Positions 11,838 to 23,409 of a DNA stretch of 64,000 nt are shown piece by piece. The stretch is from Macrostomum hystrix (lineage: Eukaryota > Animalia > Platyhelminthes), in NCBI GenBank assembly GCA_950097015.1, contig CATNEN010000001.1:22506001-22570000 (forward strand), written 5' to 3'. The translations under genes and the position numbers were made by a program. A model generated the notes under the pieces. That model worked only from the letters and a program-made list of their open reading frames with translations. It was not told the DNA's origin and ran no database searches. The first letter of the stretch is position 1, and each line of letters opens with the position of its first letter.

Positions 11838-13205
11838 TTACTCGTCCATAGACATTCGCGAGTCGCCGTAATGCTCAGCCACATCAGCTCTAGGCGTATA
11901 AGTGAGGACCTGCTGGCTCCTGTATTGCCCGTCTCGGGAGAATGTAATCTGCGAAATGAAATGGGGGATAAAATCTCTTTAATTAGGAAGTCTTAATATA
12001 ATACTGTTGCATACGTGTGCGTGCCCCATTTGCATCCTTTTAGACAATGGAAAATGCATAATATAGGGGTGTGGTCAGCAGCATTATTCAGTCCCTCAGT
12101 TAAAGGGTAGAGTCGCGAAGCAGAAAATTCGCGTTAGTTCCGTCAAATAAACTCACCTCCTTGTCTCCGAAACGCAGTCGGATTCGTTGTACACCGTTGA
12201 ATTGGTTATACATTCGCTCGGGGTATTGCATCACCATTTCGTCATCTCGTGACGCCTTGTTCTCCTGTTGAACACTTTGGATGATGCGCACCGCCTCGAA
12301 GCACTGTTGGCTAGTCACAGCCTGTCTGTACCAGTCGGAAGCATCAGAGACTTCGGCAGAGTCTTCTGGCCAATGCTGCTCTTCCGCTTTGGAACAACCG
12401 AGACTAACCGCTTCGGCGAACTCCTGGACTTGCGCACCTCGAATGGCCAGAACGTCGCCCACGGACCAGTTAGTCACCTTGCTGGCAGAGGTAGCCCAGA
12501 AGGTACACGATACTTGGCACCCAGACTGATCCACGAGCGTCACTTTCGCTAGGTTGACCAGCTTTCCGGCACCGGTTTTCACTTCCCGCGGTTTCTCGAC
12601 TGCAGAGATTGTTCCACGAACGTCGACATTCCTGCGTTGTATGGAAATGGAAAACAAATGACTAAAAGCGACTGCACGAAGGCTGCCAAGCTTGTAGTAT
12701 CTATAAACTGCAGTCTAATAAGCCACAAAGATCCCAGAGTAAAACGACTATAATAACCTGTCAACAATATTACTCACGTGTTAATCTGGCTTCCGGAAAT
12801 CTCATTAATTTTCCTGTACATAGCTGCACGTCGAGAAACCGTCTCGTTTGTCTTCACAATAACACCAGATTTGTCAACAGATACGGTCATCTCGTATTGG
12901 TTACCCGTACGGTTGTACGCCGAATTTGCCTTCTTCACCCAACCTCCGGTTATGCGCACGGCCTCGTCGGCTTGGCAGACGTCCAGAAGTGGCCTCAGAT
13001 CTGTGCCAAACACGCTCACTCGAATGTTCCCCGTGTCATCACTTAAGACGAAGGAGAACACTTGGCCCGGTCCGTCCTTGCCGACAAAGTCCTTGATGGT
13101 CGTCAGCATCGTCACCAGGCCGACGACAGCAACCTCCATCAGGCCCGGAAGCAGAGCAGATACGCACATTTTGCTCTTCTTGGCTTGTCCGGCAGGCGAC
13201 TCCAT
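11838..13205 (-). CDS. RPA70-like ssDNA-binding protein with two OB folds, 3 exons (13205-12778, 12631-12157, 11948-11838), ~337 aa
   Basis: OB1 GQVFSFVLSDDTGNIRVSVFG...VKKANSAYNRTGNQYEMT; OB2 VDVRGTISAVEKPREVKT...VTLVDQSGCQVSCTFWA...VLAIRGAQVQEF. GTGAGT donors and CAG acceptors join all three exons in frame (428+475+111 = 1014 nt). Confidence 0.85.
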
Positions 13206-13810
13206 CGTTTGTTTGCTATTAAGTAAACAGAAAAGTCTAGAAAATGACAGAACAAAAATTTTGCACTTAGATAGGGCTGTTTAGTTTGATATAAAAGTCG
13301 CTGTCGCTTATATTATCTCTATATTCATTTCAAAATAACAACCCACCGTGCACTTAAAAGTGCGATGACTCACGCCACTTTCAATTGGGTGTGGCAACCT
13401 CCTCTGGCTTCCAGACCCCTCAAATCCACCATCCCCAATAACATAAGTGAGGAGTGGGCCCAAAAGCTGCTGACCAATCAGAAACAGCTTTGATAATAAC
13501 CATGGTACAATTCCAAACCATAATGAGCTGATAAAGCTAAGCCAGTCAAAATGGCAGAACACCACCCACTGTATACACTAATCTCAAATCACACAGCATT
13601 AAGCTGTCCTACCTCAACTACAACGTAACGTCTAGACGATACAAAAAAACTTCTAGACGCAAACTGGCTGAGACAACTTTGGACTGCCTAAAAGCTCTAA
13701 GCCAATCAGAATGGACCAAGCTAATCTGCAGGGTTTTGAGCACTGATTGAAATCCAGCCTTTACGGTGGAGTATATTTATATGACGTACAACACTGAATG
13801 GCCCACAACC

Positions 13811-14238
13811 ATGAAAATCAACCACAACTACTATGCCGGCGGCGGCGGCGGCGGCGGACGTCGCGGTCGAAGAGGCCACCGCAGAGGACCCAGTAAGTAA
13901 CATTGTGTCTGCCTATAATTCTATACATCTGCCTTACTTGGTCATTTATTTTCACTAAGTCCTTCCGTCAGGCATTCAGTTAGACAATAAACTTGGTACA
14001 ATTCTAACACTCATTGCAACATTCTTAACACTCAATTCATACAGTCTCGTGTTACCTCTGCGGTGGGCCCCACAGCATAGCACGCTGCCCCGCCGTCGCC
14101 GAGCACCGGCGGCAACAGCAAGAAGAAGAGAAGAAAGCAGACGAAGAAAAACGGCTGCAGGAACGGCTCCAAAAATTTCGAATCCAGCAGCAGAAGCAGA
14201 GGGAGCAAGAGCAGCAGCAGGAGCAGCAGCAGCAGTAG
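13811..14238 (+). CDS. Small RGG / CCHC-like zinc knuckle / Q-E-rich protein, 2 exons (13811-13892, 14045-14238), ~91 aa; tail may be shortened by a nonsense change
   Basis: MKINHNYYAGGGGGGGRRGRRGHRRGP, phase-1 intron GTAAGT...ACAG, then ISCYLCGGPHSIARCPAVAEHRRQQQEEEKK...QQQQ*. TATA-like TATATTTATA at ~13773. A paralogue with the same intron lies at 54670-55133. Confidence 0.75.
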
Positions 14239-16952
14239 CAGCTGCAGCAGCAATGACAACAGCACCAAAAAAAACTGCGACGTTAATTCGTATCATTAAT
14301 TCATAGCATATTATTTCATATCATATTAATTCATAACATAATATTTCATGAAATAATAATTCATATCATATTAATTCATATCATATTATTATTATGATAT
14401 GATAAATAAATTGTAACCACTCTGTTCTTCTTTGCTTACATTTACGATTACTAAAGACTCATTTTTTCGCTTGGATTAACACACTATTATAATAGTGTGT
14501 AAACTTCGTTGCAAACTTTCATGCCATTTAAAATACACTGCATCGAACAGAGAAGGCGAATTTCAAGAATTGAGGATACTCGGTATTGTCACTAACTGTC
14601 ATTTTGTCAGCTAGCGATAATCAGTCTTAAAGACTTACAGATCTGCTGATCTGAAATTTCATACATTTGCAGAACTCAGAGGTACTCATTTTCATCAAAT
14701 TCAAATTTGAATTATATCCTATTTTTAATCAGATCCCATTCTGCTTGTAGATATATCAAACAATATCTACGGCAATAAATTGTTGTCCTATGCTGTTCCA
14801 GTTTAAATCCAATCTCAGAAGCTCAGTTCTGCCTTTTCTCCTTTGATTTTATATTCTATAGTTTCATTGCTCAATTTTCACATTATTTCCCCTTCTCCTT
14901 TCTAGTCACTCCTCAGCAAACTTCTCTTTTCTCACATGCCTCATTCGCATTGTCAAATCCCACTTTAAATCAAATCCCTTTTTGAATACGAGTACATTTC
15001 AAATCAGATCACATCTTGATAGTTTGCAATGTGTAATAGCTAATATCAATGGCTGATTCAACCAGTTTGATTCAAATAAGTTTCGCAGCTATGCCTAAAT
15101 CAGCTGTGCCTAAATCAGCTTCGCAGCTGTGTCTAAATCAGTTTGTATGACAGATGACAGATCTGCATGACAGTATGACAGATTTGTATGACAGTTAGTT
15201 GAAAGATACATTGACAGGCTGCTAGACTGCTAGACAGATTGATAAACACGCAGATAAATACATAAAAGAAACTTATATGTCTACACTCTCCACTGTGTGG
15301 ACTTATTATAATAACACATTTACATCCTGATGTCTGTTACTCTACTGTCAGTAGAAATATTCACACGTCAGAATTTTACTGAATTTTACGGTATTGGCTT
15401 TACTGAAACATGTGCCTCTTTTTCACAATTTATTTACATAAGGCTGTTAGTTAAGGCTGTTATCATTAATCATAGTAAATATTTCACAAAGCATAGCATA
15501 GTCAAACAAAATTGCACAACCATAATGCCGTTATTAGTCAATCATAATGCAGTTATTGGTCAATCATGTCTTCGCCATGCCGTGGCCCGCAGAGCTGAAA
15601 TAGCGAAATAAATAAACAATAGACACAAAACATTTTAGTTTTAAAACAAAACACCATCTCATCAGAAAGTGCAGGCATCAATTCTGTTATTAAAAAGGGT
15701 TTGCTGGATTGGCAGTGTCTTTCGCAAGCGGAACAGCATTATTGCATGATTCATTAGAATCTTTTATGTCAATCCTACTGTCCACAGCAAAATTATTCTG
15801 CCCTGCGTCACAGAGCGCATTCACTGGGGTATGCAATAAATAAATAAATAGCAGCGAAATGTCCATTTCAAACATCTCTCTCTCGAGGCCCATTACTATG
15901 CAGCCAGCCTGCTATCTGCAATGACATCAAAGAATTCAACTGCTTGATTACTGAGGGAATCTGTGTCCCAGCTAGACACCTAAAACATTGGTCATCAAAA
16001 GCACATCGCTTATTCCACACATTTTACAGAAGTATTCGCTTATACACCCATAGTTAGCCCAGTAAAAGGTTGTGGAATTCATATAGCATGCACTTTCCCA
16101 GTTCTTGGAGCCAGCTGCCAGTTCTATCATACTGACTAATTTGCTCATATTTAATCCTGTCAGCAACAGCCATACAATTCGGACAGCGCAGTTCTCATGA
16201 ATGAGTCTGATGTGCCATTCAAATCATGCACAACCGGCATACCCAACTTCCAACTTAAAAAGGTGACCTGAAAAGTTCGGGGCATCCAACAGGTTCAGCA
16301 TTTCTGATGATTCGATAATAATCACAAATAATCATCAATTATCTATGCTAGTATGATTCCCACAGGGCAGCTTCACTTCGAGAAAGTTCACTTTCTCTGC
16401 TTGAACATTTTGGCAATAGAGTGCGAAAGCGATGAGAAGTATCTTCTCATGGGAAGCGAAAGTGGTGAGCAGAATTGATTTCTCGACTCTGGCGCCCATG
16501 AAGACTTCTTAGTGTTTCATGGGGATTTCCCTTAGTTATATGCGCTATTATTCAATCGACCCATGGCTTTTCAGCAGGATAATCCTGCTTTGTTGGACAA
16601 TCCACTCTGGCATTTTTAATATACTCATCGTCAAACGTGGCCGGTGATTTCGGCCAGCTGTGTGTGGACAGACAGGTGCGAATGTTCATTCTTAATCGCA
16701 AATCAATCGGTACTCTTAAACAGGCATTCTTCTGCAGCTGACTCTAAAAATGGATTACTTGCTTTTGTATGCATTCACAGCATTTTGCAAGGCTTATAAA
16801 TGTAAAATATAATACTCCTGTCAAATATGCAGACTTAAGAATATACCTTTTCTGACTTTTGTTTCACGCCCTACTGTGACACAAATTCCGCTACTCCTAC
16901 TATATAATATTCACTTTCTTTGATGTCACTGCAGCACAGCCACAACACAGCT

Positions 16953-17247
16953 CAACATGCTTAGTCGGCCATCACAAGATTTAAGGTCTGCGATTAGGCT
17001 GCTTCAGACCATGGCTGCATACCCTCCATTTTATCGTGGAAGAACCTCTGAATCGTGATAAGCAGCGAACACGTATTTCAACCACGTCTCTCAAGGCCCA
17101 TTGATATGCAGTCAACCTGCTCCAAAAGGAACAGGATTTACGCTGATGTGACTCATTGGGCCAATGGGCAGAGCTCAACTATCATGCACCATTTACACAT
17201 CAGGCGGCTCAACTTGTGATGGCGACTCACTGCAACATCTCACAGAC
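16953..17247. repeat. 295-bp direct repeat, copy 2
   Basis: Near-identical to 11467-11761. Confidence 0.95.
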
Positions 17248-17309
17248 TCACAAGTCACGGGAACTCAATTGAAGTTCGATAAACTCACGAATGTCCAGTG
17301 AACAATCTT

Positions 17310-18200
17310 CTAGTCTCCAGTGAGCACCTCTGGGTAGACAACGTTCCTGGTCGTGGTTTCAGACAACCGGACCCGGACATTTGCTACATTTTCGCTCGAG
17401 ACAGCGCAGTATATAACTGGCCGTGCGAAAAGCATCCAACCGCCAGGTCGATGCCGACTGTCTCCAGGCTCTGCCCCTGAGACTTGTGAATCGTCAGGCA
17501 AAAGCTGGGCTTCACCGGGAACTGCAGCCGCTTGAAGCAGACTGGCAGGTCAGCATTGTTGGGCTGTAGGGGAATCCGCGGCAGCAGGATTTCATCTCCA
17601 GTGAACTGGCCGGCAGCGACTTTGCAGCGCAGCACATTCTCGCCCAGCTCCAGGATGATCAGCCGGGTGCCGTTGCACAGCCGTGGCGGATTCAGAATCC
17701 GCAGCAGAACCAGCGGCATGCCCACCTTGAGCTTCAGAAGGTGGGCAGGGAAATTCGGTGCATCCAGCTGATTCAGCAGCTCCGGAGGAAAGTGCGTGGC
17801 CGCATCCTCGTCAGCCACGCTGTCCACCGAGCGATACTCGCGCAGTTGGCCTGGGAACATGGCCAGGCACTCGTTGTTGATCGCGTCAACCGCATCGTTG
17901 TAGGGCGCCAGGATGGCTCGGCTGGCAAAGTAGCTATCGCGCTCCTGACGCCTCGAACGCAGGGTACACGAACAGGATCAGCTCGGATAGCGGCGCCTCC
18001 GCCGAAATGACAATCTCGGCAGGAAGGCGGACGGTGTCATCCGACTGATCAGCCAACCCAGAGCCGATCTGTGTGGATTGGGCAGGAAAATGCAAGAGAA
18101 TCGCAGGCTACACAGGTGATCTACTCCTACAAGCAGCAATAGCAAAACTTACCTGCATGAGCAGCTGCATATAGCGATGGTACAGCTCAGCATCAGCACA
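17310..18200 (-). pseudogene. Helitron PIF1-family helicase, C-terminal half, frameshifted
   Basis: RAILAPYNDAVDAIN; LKLKVGMPLVLLRILNPPRLCNGTRLII; FKRLQFPVKPSFCLTIHKSQGQSL; FSHGQLYTALSRA; after a frameshift TTRNVVYPEVL. The N-terminal Walker A region is absent. Confidence 0.93.
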
Positions 18201-18204
18201 ACTC

Positions 18205-18740
18205 TGCAGCAGCAGCAGGCGGGCAAACTCGTCAGTGCGGCACAGCTTGAAGAAGGCCGTCAGTGTCGAGTCTCGTGGCACCTTTGCTCTGGCGCCCGCG
18301 GTCTGCTCGTTGAAGTACACAAGCTGCTCTTCCGTCTTGTGCACGCAAAGTCGGATGACCGCCGGAAACCTGTTGTGCACCTGGGCAAAGGTGAGGATAT
18401 TTTTTGAGCATCAGAGTGACCGCCAAGACTAAATGCAGTGCTAAAATCACAGCTACATCACAGCAGACCAGAGCAATTACCTCAAAGGCCAGGATAGTGT
18501 TGACAGCTTCCATCGGACCAATGTAGCGTGCAGACAGGTACTCCGAGATTTCGTCCCGTGACTTCGCCTGCCTCTCAGGAGGAGCACTCGGCTGAGATTC
18601 AGCAGCTTCTGCGGCGGCGGCGACTTTGAAAACGGCCATGTCGCCATTCTTCATCAAGTACTTGATCACGTACTTCACAGACTTGACAGTGGCGCAAACT
18701 TCAACGTTCAAATGGCACGCGAACTGCTCGCACCGGCGGG
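18205..18740 (-). pseudogene. Helitron Rep (HUH/Y2) domain, C-terminal remnant
   Basis: CHLNVEVCATVKSVKYVIKYLMKNGD (YxxKY catalytic motif); DEISEYLSARYIGPMEA; PAVIRLCVH; STLTAFFKLC; GT-AG intron at ~18480-18382. Confidence 0.9.
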
Positions 18741-19015
18741 ACACAATGCCTGTGTGGTATGAGGCAGACCAGGCCTACGGGCTAAGGTCTGCGATGCCTC
18801 ACACCTGCAGTCGTTTTTTGAGCAGGCTTGGCAGGAATGGAGCCCTGTGCCTCCGGGTGCAGGAATCCTCTCCACGTTGTCCCGTCAGCTGACCCATGGG
18901 TACACGTCCCGCGAGTGTTCAAGGCTGACCCTAGGGCAGCCGGACAGAATGGGCAACAGCGCTGGATGACCCATCCAGGGCCTCCGGCCTAACTGGGTAC
19001 CTCTAGCCCCGGCTG

Positions 19016-19360
19016 GAGGGAAAGGTGTCACCCTTTGACCTTAACAGGGTATGCGGCGAGTCCGCAGCGTTTCGTGCACCTGTGCGTGATCAGGTACCTC
19101 TGGCTACGGCTCCGAGGGAAAGGTGTCACCCTTTGACCTTAACAGGGTATGCGGCGAGTCCGCAGCGTTTCGTGCACCTGTGCGTGATCAGGTACCTCTG
19201 GCTACGGCTCCGAGGGAAAGGTGTCACCCTTTGACCTTAACAGGGTATGCGGCCAGTCCGCAGCGTTCGTGCACCTGTGCGTGATCAGGTACCTCTGGCT
19301 ACGGCTCTGAGGGAAAGGTGTCACCCTTTGACCTTAACAGGGTATGCCGCCAGTCCGCAG
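19016..19360 (+). repeat. 98-bp tandem repeat, ~3.5 copies, in the LINE 5' UTR
   Basis: Unit starting GAGGGAAAGGTGTCACCCTTTGACC at 19016, 19114, 19212 and 19309. Confidence 0.95.
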
Positions 19361-19591
19361 GCCTCGGCGCTGGCCAAATAGCGCCCTCTAATGTCCCAGT
19401 GTTGACCGTGCTGATGGACGCTTGACCAGGGAGTAGTCTGGCCTCCTACGGTTCCTCCCGGTGGTCCTGGCATCCCACCCCGGGTTGTAACTTGTCTTTT
19501 TTGGCTGCCCCCGCTCAGCTTTGGGATCGCGGCTGAGCGGGTTATTCCTGCCTGTGTCTACAGGAAGCCCCTCTCCTCATTGCAGCTTCTA

Positions 19592-21139
19592 ATGGCTTCC
19601 AGCCTTCCAACTGCTCCGGCCGAGGACACCATGGTGCCCGAGGCCATACACGCTGCGGCGCCCGGGCTAGCTGGCCCCGCGACCGCCACAAATGCCGCGC
19701 TGCCCAACTCGCGCGATGACCGGGGCGCTAAGCGCTCCACAACCTCTGGAGCGGCAAAGCGTCGTAGGCGCTTAATGGCCCACGGCAAGCCGGCTCCATC
19801 GACCGAGGACCGGGCCCAGGCCAGAGGGGCCGAAGGGGCTCTGCCTAGGGCGGGGGCTGGGGCGGGGGGCCTTGCGCCTCCTGCCCAGGCTCCTGCACGG
19901 GGCGGAGCCCACGACGCCCCGAGGCCAGGGTCGCGGGCCAAGGAGGTCCCGGCGCCCATCCGGACGGCGGCTCGGCCTGAAGGAGAAGCGGAGGCAGAGG
20001 GCCCTGTGCCCACCGCCGACGCTGATCCCGAGGGTGGGGTCGCCACCGGACAGGGCCCGGGACCACATGCCACCTACGCCGCCATCGCACGTAGGCAACC
20101 TGCCGTTGTCATCACCGGCAGAGACGGAAAAAGGCTGAGCAGCGAACAGCTCAGCAACATTTGCCGCAACATAGATGCTATGCTGTGGCAACTTCAACTG
20201 AAGGGCGAGCCCCTGGCGGTCGGCGCAAGCGCTACCAGGGAATCGTGCTTCGTCGTCTGGCCCGGCGACGCGGAATCAGGGCGGCGGCTCCTTGAGTTGC
20301 TGCCCACGCAGAGCTGGGCGGCTGGCCTCGACTTCCTCCGGGAGAACGAGCCACCAAAGACCAAGCGACACCGCATTTTCGTCCCGGCGAAAAGTGTCGT
20401 CACCAGCGCTGAGGACCTCCGCATGGGCCTCATCGCGATGAACCGGGAGCTGCAGACAGCGGGCATGATCGTGCACCGCACGATCCTGCGCCCCGATGGC
20501 ACCGGGTTCACCGCCATTCTGGGCCTGTCCGAGCAATGGACACGCCGATACCCAGATGGCGCCAACATCTGCATTGGTCTGTGGAAGACCAAAATCTTCG
20601 CCTTCGAGGCAGATAAAACTCGAGGTCAGACCGGGCCCACCACCGTACCGGCCACTGAAGGGTCCTCGGACCCCGAGGTTGGGACTGGGGGCAGGGCCCA
20701 GTCGTCTCGCCAAAAAAGGCCAGAGCGTGCCATCGCTGGCAGCTCTGAGCGTCGCCCCGCGCGCATCACAAAGCGCCGGGGCCTTCTCCAGCGGGCCTCC
20801 GAGGTGGTGCGAACCGCCAGGATGGCCCAGCTGCGCGCTGAGATGCGCGGTGGCCCACCGGGGCAGGCGCCGCAACCAAGGGCTACGGGGGAGGCCTCTA
20901 AGGTGCCCAGCTCCATCGAGCAGGGCCCTTCGAGCGCCCCTCCCACGGCCCAGGGTGCGGTGTCGGCACCGGTTGAGGGTGACTCTGGGCCTGGGCTCGG
21001 GGCCGGGGGTGGGGACTGGGCGGCTGACCCCGTCGAGTTCCCGCCTCTGGCTCGGGGCCGGGGCACGGAGGAGCCCATGGCTACCGACATCGACCCGGAG
21101 GAGGAGGACCGCCTTCTGGCTGAGTCCCCCTCCAAGTAG
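19592..21139 (+). CDS. LINE ORF1 protein (DUF4780-like core), ~515 aa
   Basis: Basic SGAAKRRRR motif and TYAAIA, then the core VVITGRDGKRLSSEQ...RIFVPAK...LIAMNRELQT...ICIGLWK flanked by low-complexity tails; lies directly upstream of the ORF2 start. Confidence 0.75.
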   Translation: MASSLPTAPAEDTMVPEAIHAAAPGLAGPATATNAALPNSRDDRGAKRSTTSGAAKRRRRLMAHGKPAPSTEDRAQARGAEGALPRAGAGAGGLAPPAQAPARGGAHDAPRPGSRAKEVPAPIRTAARPEGEAEAEGPVPTADADPEGGVATGQGPGPHATYAAIARRQPAVVITGRDGKRLSSEQLSNICRNIDAMLWQLQLKGEPLAVGASATRESCFVVWPGDAESGRRLLELLPTQSWAAGLDFLRENEPPKTKRHRIFVPAKSVVTSAEDLRMGLIAMNRELQTAGMIVHRTILRPDGTGFTAILGLSEQWTRRYPDGANICIGLWKTKIFAFEADKTRGQTGPTTVPATEGSSDPEVGTGGRAQSSRQKRPERAIAGSSERRPARITKRRGLLQRASEVVRTARMAQLRAEMRGGPPGQAPQPRATGEASKVPSSIEQGPSSAPPTAQGAVSAPVEGDSGPGLGAGGGDWAADPVEFPPLARGRGTEEPMATDIDPEEEDRLLAESPSK

Positions 21140-21236
21140 ACCTCTGTCTGCATGATGATCCCCGGAATATCATGCCTGCAAGTTAACACCCAGCACTGCG
21201 TGGCAGCATCAGTCAATCTGTACCTGTGGTCAGAGG

Positions 21237-21750
21237 TCAGAACTTGACTTTCTTGGCCCTCTTGGCAGGAGTTCTGCTTGCTGCCAAGCTTGGAAACTCT
21301 GCATCTGAAAGGGCTTGCAAAGGCTCTCGAAGTCTCAGTGACTCGTAATGTTCATGGCGCAAGAGCACCCGCACAATGGCATTAGGAGGATGCAGATTAG
21401 CCCTAAAATACTGCATAACATTACCATTGGCCTGGTAAATGACCAGGTCCACATTAAAACAGCGGCTCAATAACGAAGCAACTTCATCTGAAACATGAAT
21501 TCCTGTTTGAAAAGAGCAATTCACAATGTCATCAGCACTCTCAGGTGCAATGAGGCCATCTGCAACCAACTGAGGCATGAGTTCTGCAACACGGCAAGAC
21601 AAATCCTGCCGCAAGGAGGCTGCGTCAGTTTCCAGCGGGGTTCCACGCAGCTGATCACACACGGAATAAAAGAAGCAATTGCCATCACCCACAATGGGGA
21701 TTACCTGCAACTGATCAAAGGGTACAATAGCTTCCGTACCTTGCTGCTGG
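21237..21750 (-). CDS. OTU-like cysteine protease exon of the Helitron polyprotein
   Basis: IVGDGNCFFYSVCDQL (catalytic Cys motif) and HEHYESL (catalytic His motif); same strand as, and upstream of, Rep/helicase. Confidence 0.85.
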
Positions 21751-21909
21751 GTGTCCGACCTAAGGGGCAATGAGTGAACGTAAGCACAGCTCCCTTAATT
21801 GGCTTTTTTTTAAAGACAATTAATTTTAAAAAATTATCCCATTCAAGGCAATTCCGATAAAAAAACAAAAATAAAGACTTGTTTAAAACTTTGCTATAAA
21901 ACTCACCTA

Positions 21910-22316
21910 GAAACCACGGCTCCACGGCGACGAATCCGATCGGCTTCCAGTCGGGCAGCTCGCTCTGCCTCAGTCTCAGCCTCTCTGCGCTGAGCGTCCC
22001 GCTGCCGCTGTTCTTCCAGTCGGGCAGCCCACTCTGCCTCAGTCTCAGCCTCTCTGCGCTGAGCGTCCCGCTGCCGATGTTCTTCCAGTCGGGCAGCCCA
22101 CTCTGCCTCAGTCTCAGCATGTCTGCGCTGAGCGTCCCGCTGCCGCTGTTCTTCCCGTCGGGCAGCCCGCTCTGCCTCAGTCTCAGCCTCTCTGCGCTGA
22201 GCGTCCCGCTGCCGCTGTTCTTCCAGTCGGGCATCCCGCTCTGCCTCGGATTCTGCCTGTCGCCGTCGCTTAGCATCGCGGCTCTTCTTTAAACTGCTAG
22301 CGCCGCGTCGAACCAT
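21910..22316 (-). CDS. First exon of the Helitron polyprotein: 23-aa STPR-like repeats (69-bp tandem repeat, ~5 copies)
   Basis: Unit EAETEAERAARLEEQRQRDAQRR; ATG at 22316; GTGAGT donor at ~21907. Confidence 0.75.
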
Positions 22317-22699
22317 GATTGAGAAATGAGAAGTGAAATGAAATAGTTGAGAAAGAATGATAAGGTTTGAAAGGTAAAAGTTTGTGATTTGGATGTCTGA
22401 AGAATCAGATAAGGTGCCCTTATAGCCAAACTAAATGCAGGCTATTTATCATCCAGTGGGCTGAATCGGCCCTTATCTAAAGACGCAGGGTAAAAACTGA
22501 AAAATCGATAAAGAAGAAAGGGGTCTCAATCTTAAAAACCTATGATTTCGGGTGTGGGCTCTCCAGGCCTGTGTGTGCACATTCCAGGGCAGAGGGCTAA
22601 CAATGTACACTGGTCTGCGCCAGCCTGAAAATGAAGCGGGTTAGGGTACTAATGTACATGCTAATACTATACCCAGCAGAGAACCAATGTCGCTGTTGT

Positions 22700-22955
22700 A
22701 TAAAACTGTTGGACACATTTAGAAAACAGACACAGATATTATTAAGACACATTTAAAAAACTGCAAAACACATAAAAAACAGGTAAACACATTAAAAAAC
22801 GGTTAAACACATTTCGACAACTGTTAACACATTTAGAAAACTGTTGAACACATAAAACTGGTAAACACGTTTAGAAAACTGTTAAACACATTTAGAATAC
22901 TGTTAAACACATTTAGAATACTGGTAAACACATTTAAAATACTGTTAAACACATA
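22700..22955. repeat. 21-bp minisatellite (ACTGTTAAACACATTTAGAAT-like)
   Basis: About 11 imperfect copies. Confidence 0.9.
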
Positions 22956-23409
22956 CATTGCTTTAAGAAATTTAGACAAGGTTTGATGATTTATATGTTG
23001 TAGTAAGAAAGGAGTAGATGTCTCGCTTGTATTGAGCAGTATATTGCAGTTTATTTGAAATGAAGTCTGCTATGCACATTTTACCTATTCAAATCAAACA
23101 CACACACACACACGGGTGAGAAAAGCTATGATGTAATCTATTTATAAATTCGCACTGACTGTCTCGCCAGTGGGGCTGACATAGCTATGTACATTTCTTA
23201 TACGTGTACTCACTTTTAACGAAACTGGCCCTGATGCAATCATTAAAATTGGCAGCGGAACGCACATTGACAAAACTGGCTCTGATGTAATGCATTAAAA
23301 ATCCTATCTAAAACAGTTTTTCGAATATTTAATCCCCTTAGCAATAAAGTTAAGCTTAATAGAAATACGTGCATATGTGTCCCCATATTTGGCATCTTTT
23401 GGTGAAGAA

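Larger units (their letters stand above)
18745..21220 (+). mobile_element. 5' half of a non-LTR retrotransposon (LOA/R1-like), truncated just after the ORF2 start
   Basis: GC-rich 5' UTR with 98-bp repeats, then ORF1, then ATG at 21152 giving MMIPGISCLQVNTQHCVAASVNL, which resembles the LQxNxxH...AASxxL start of APE endonucleases in this group. Confidence 0.8.

Noticed and set aside
19425-19500. HDV-like ribozyme in the LINE leader
   Set aside because: Partial P1/P3-like pairing, but no convincing P2 or J4/2 by eye; needs a covariance search.
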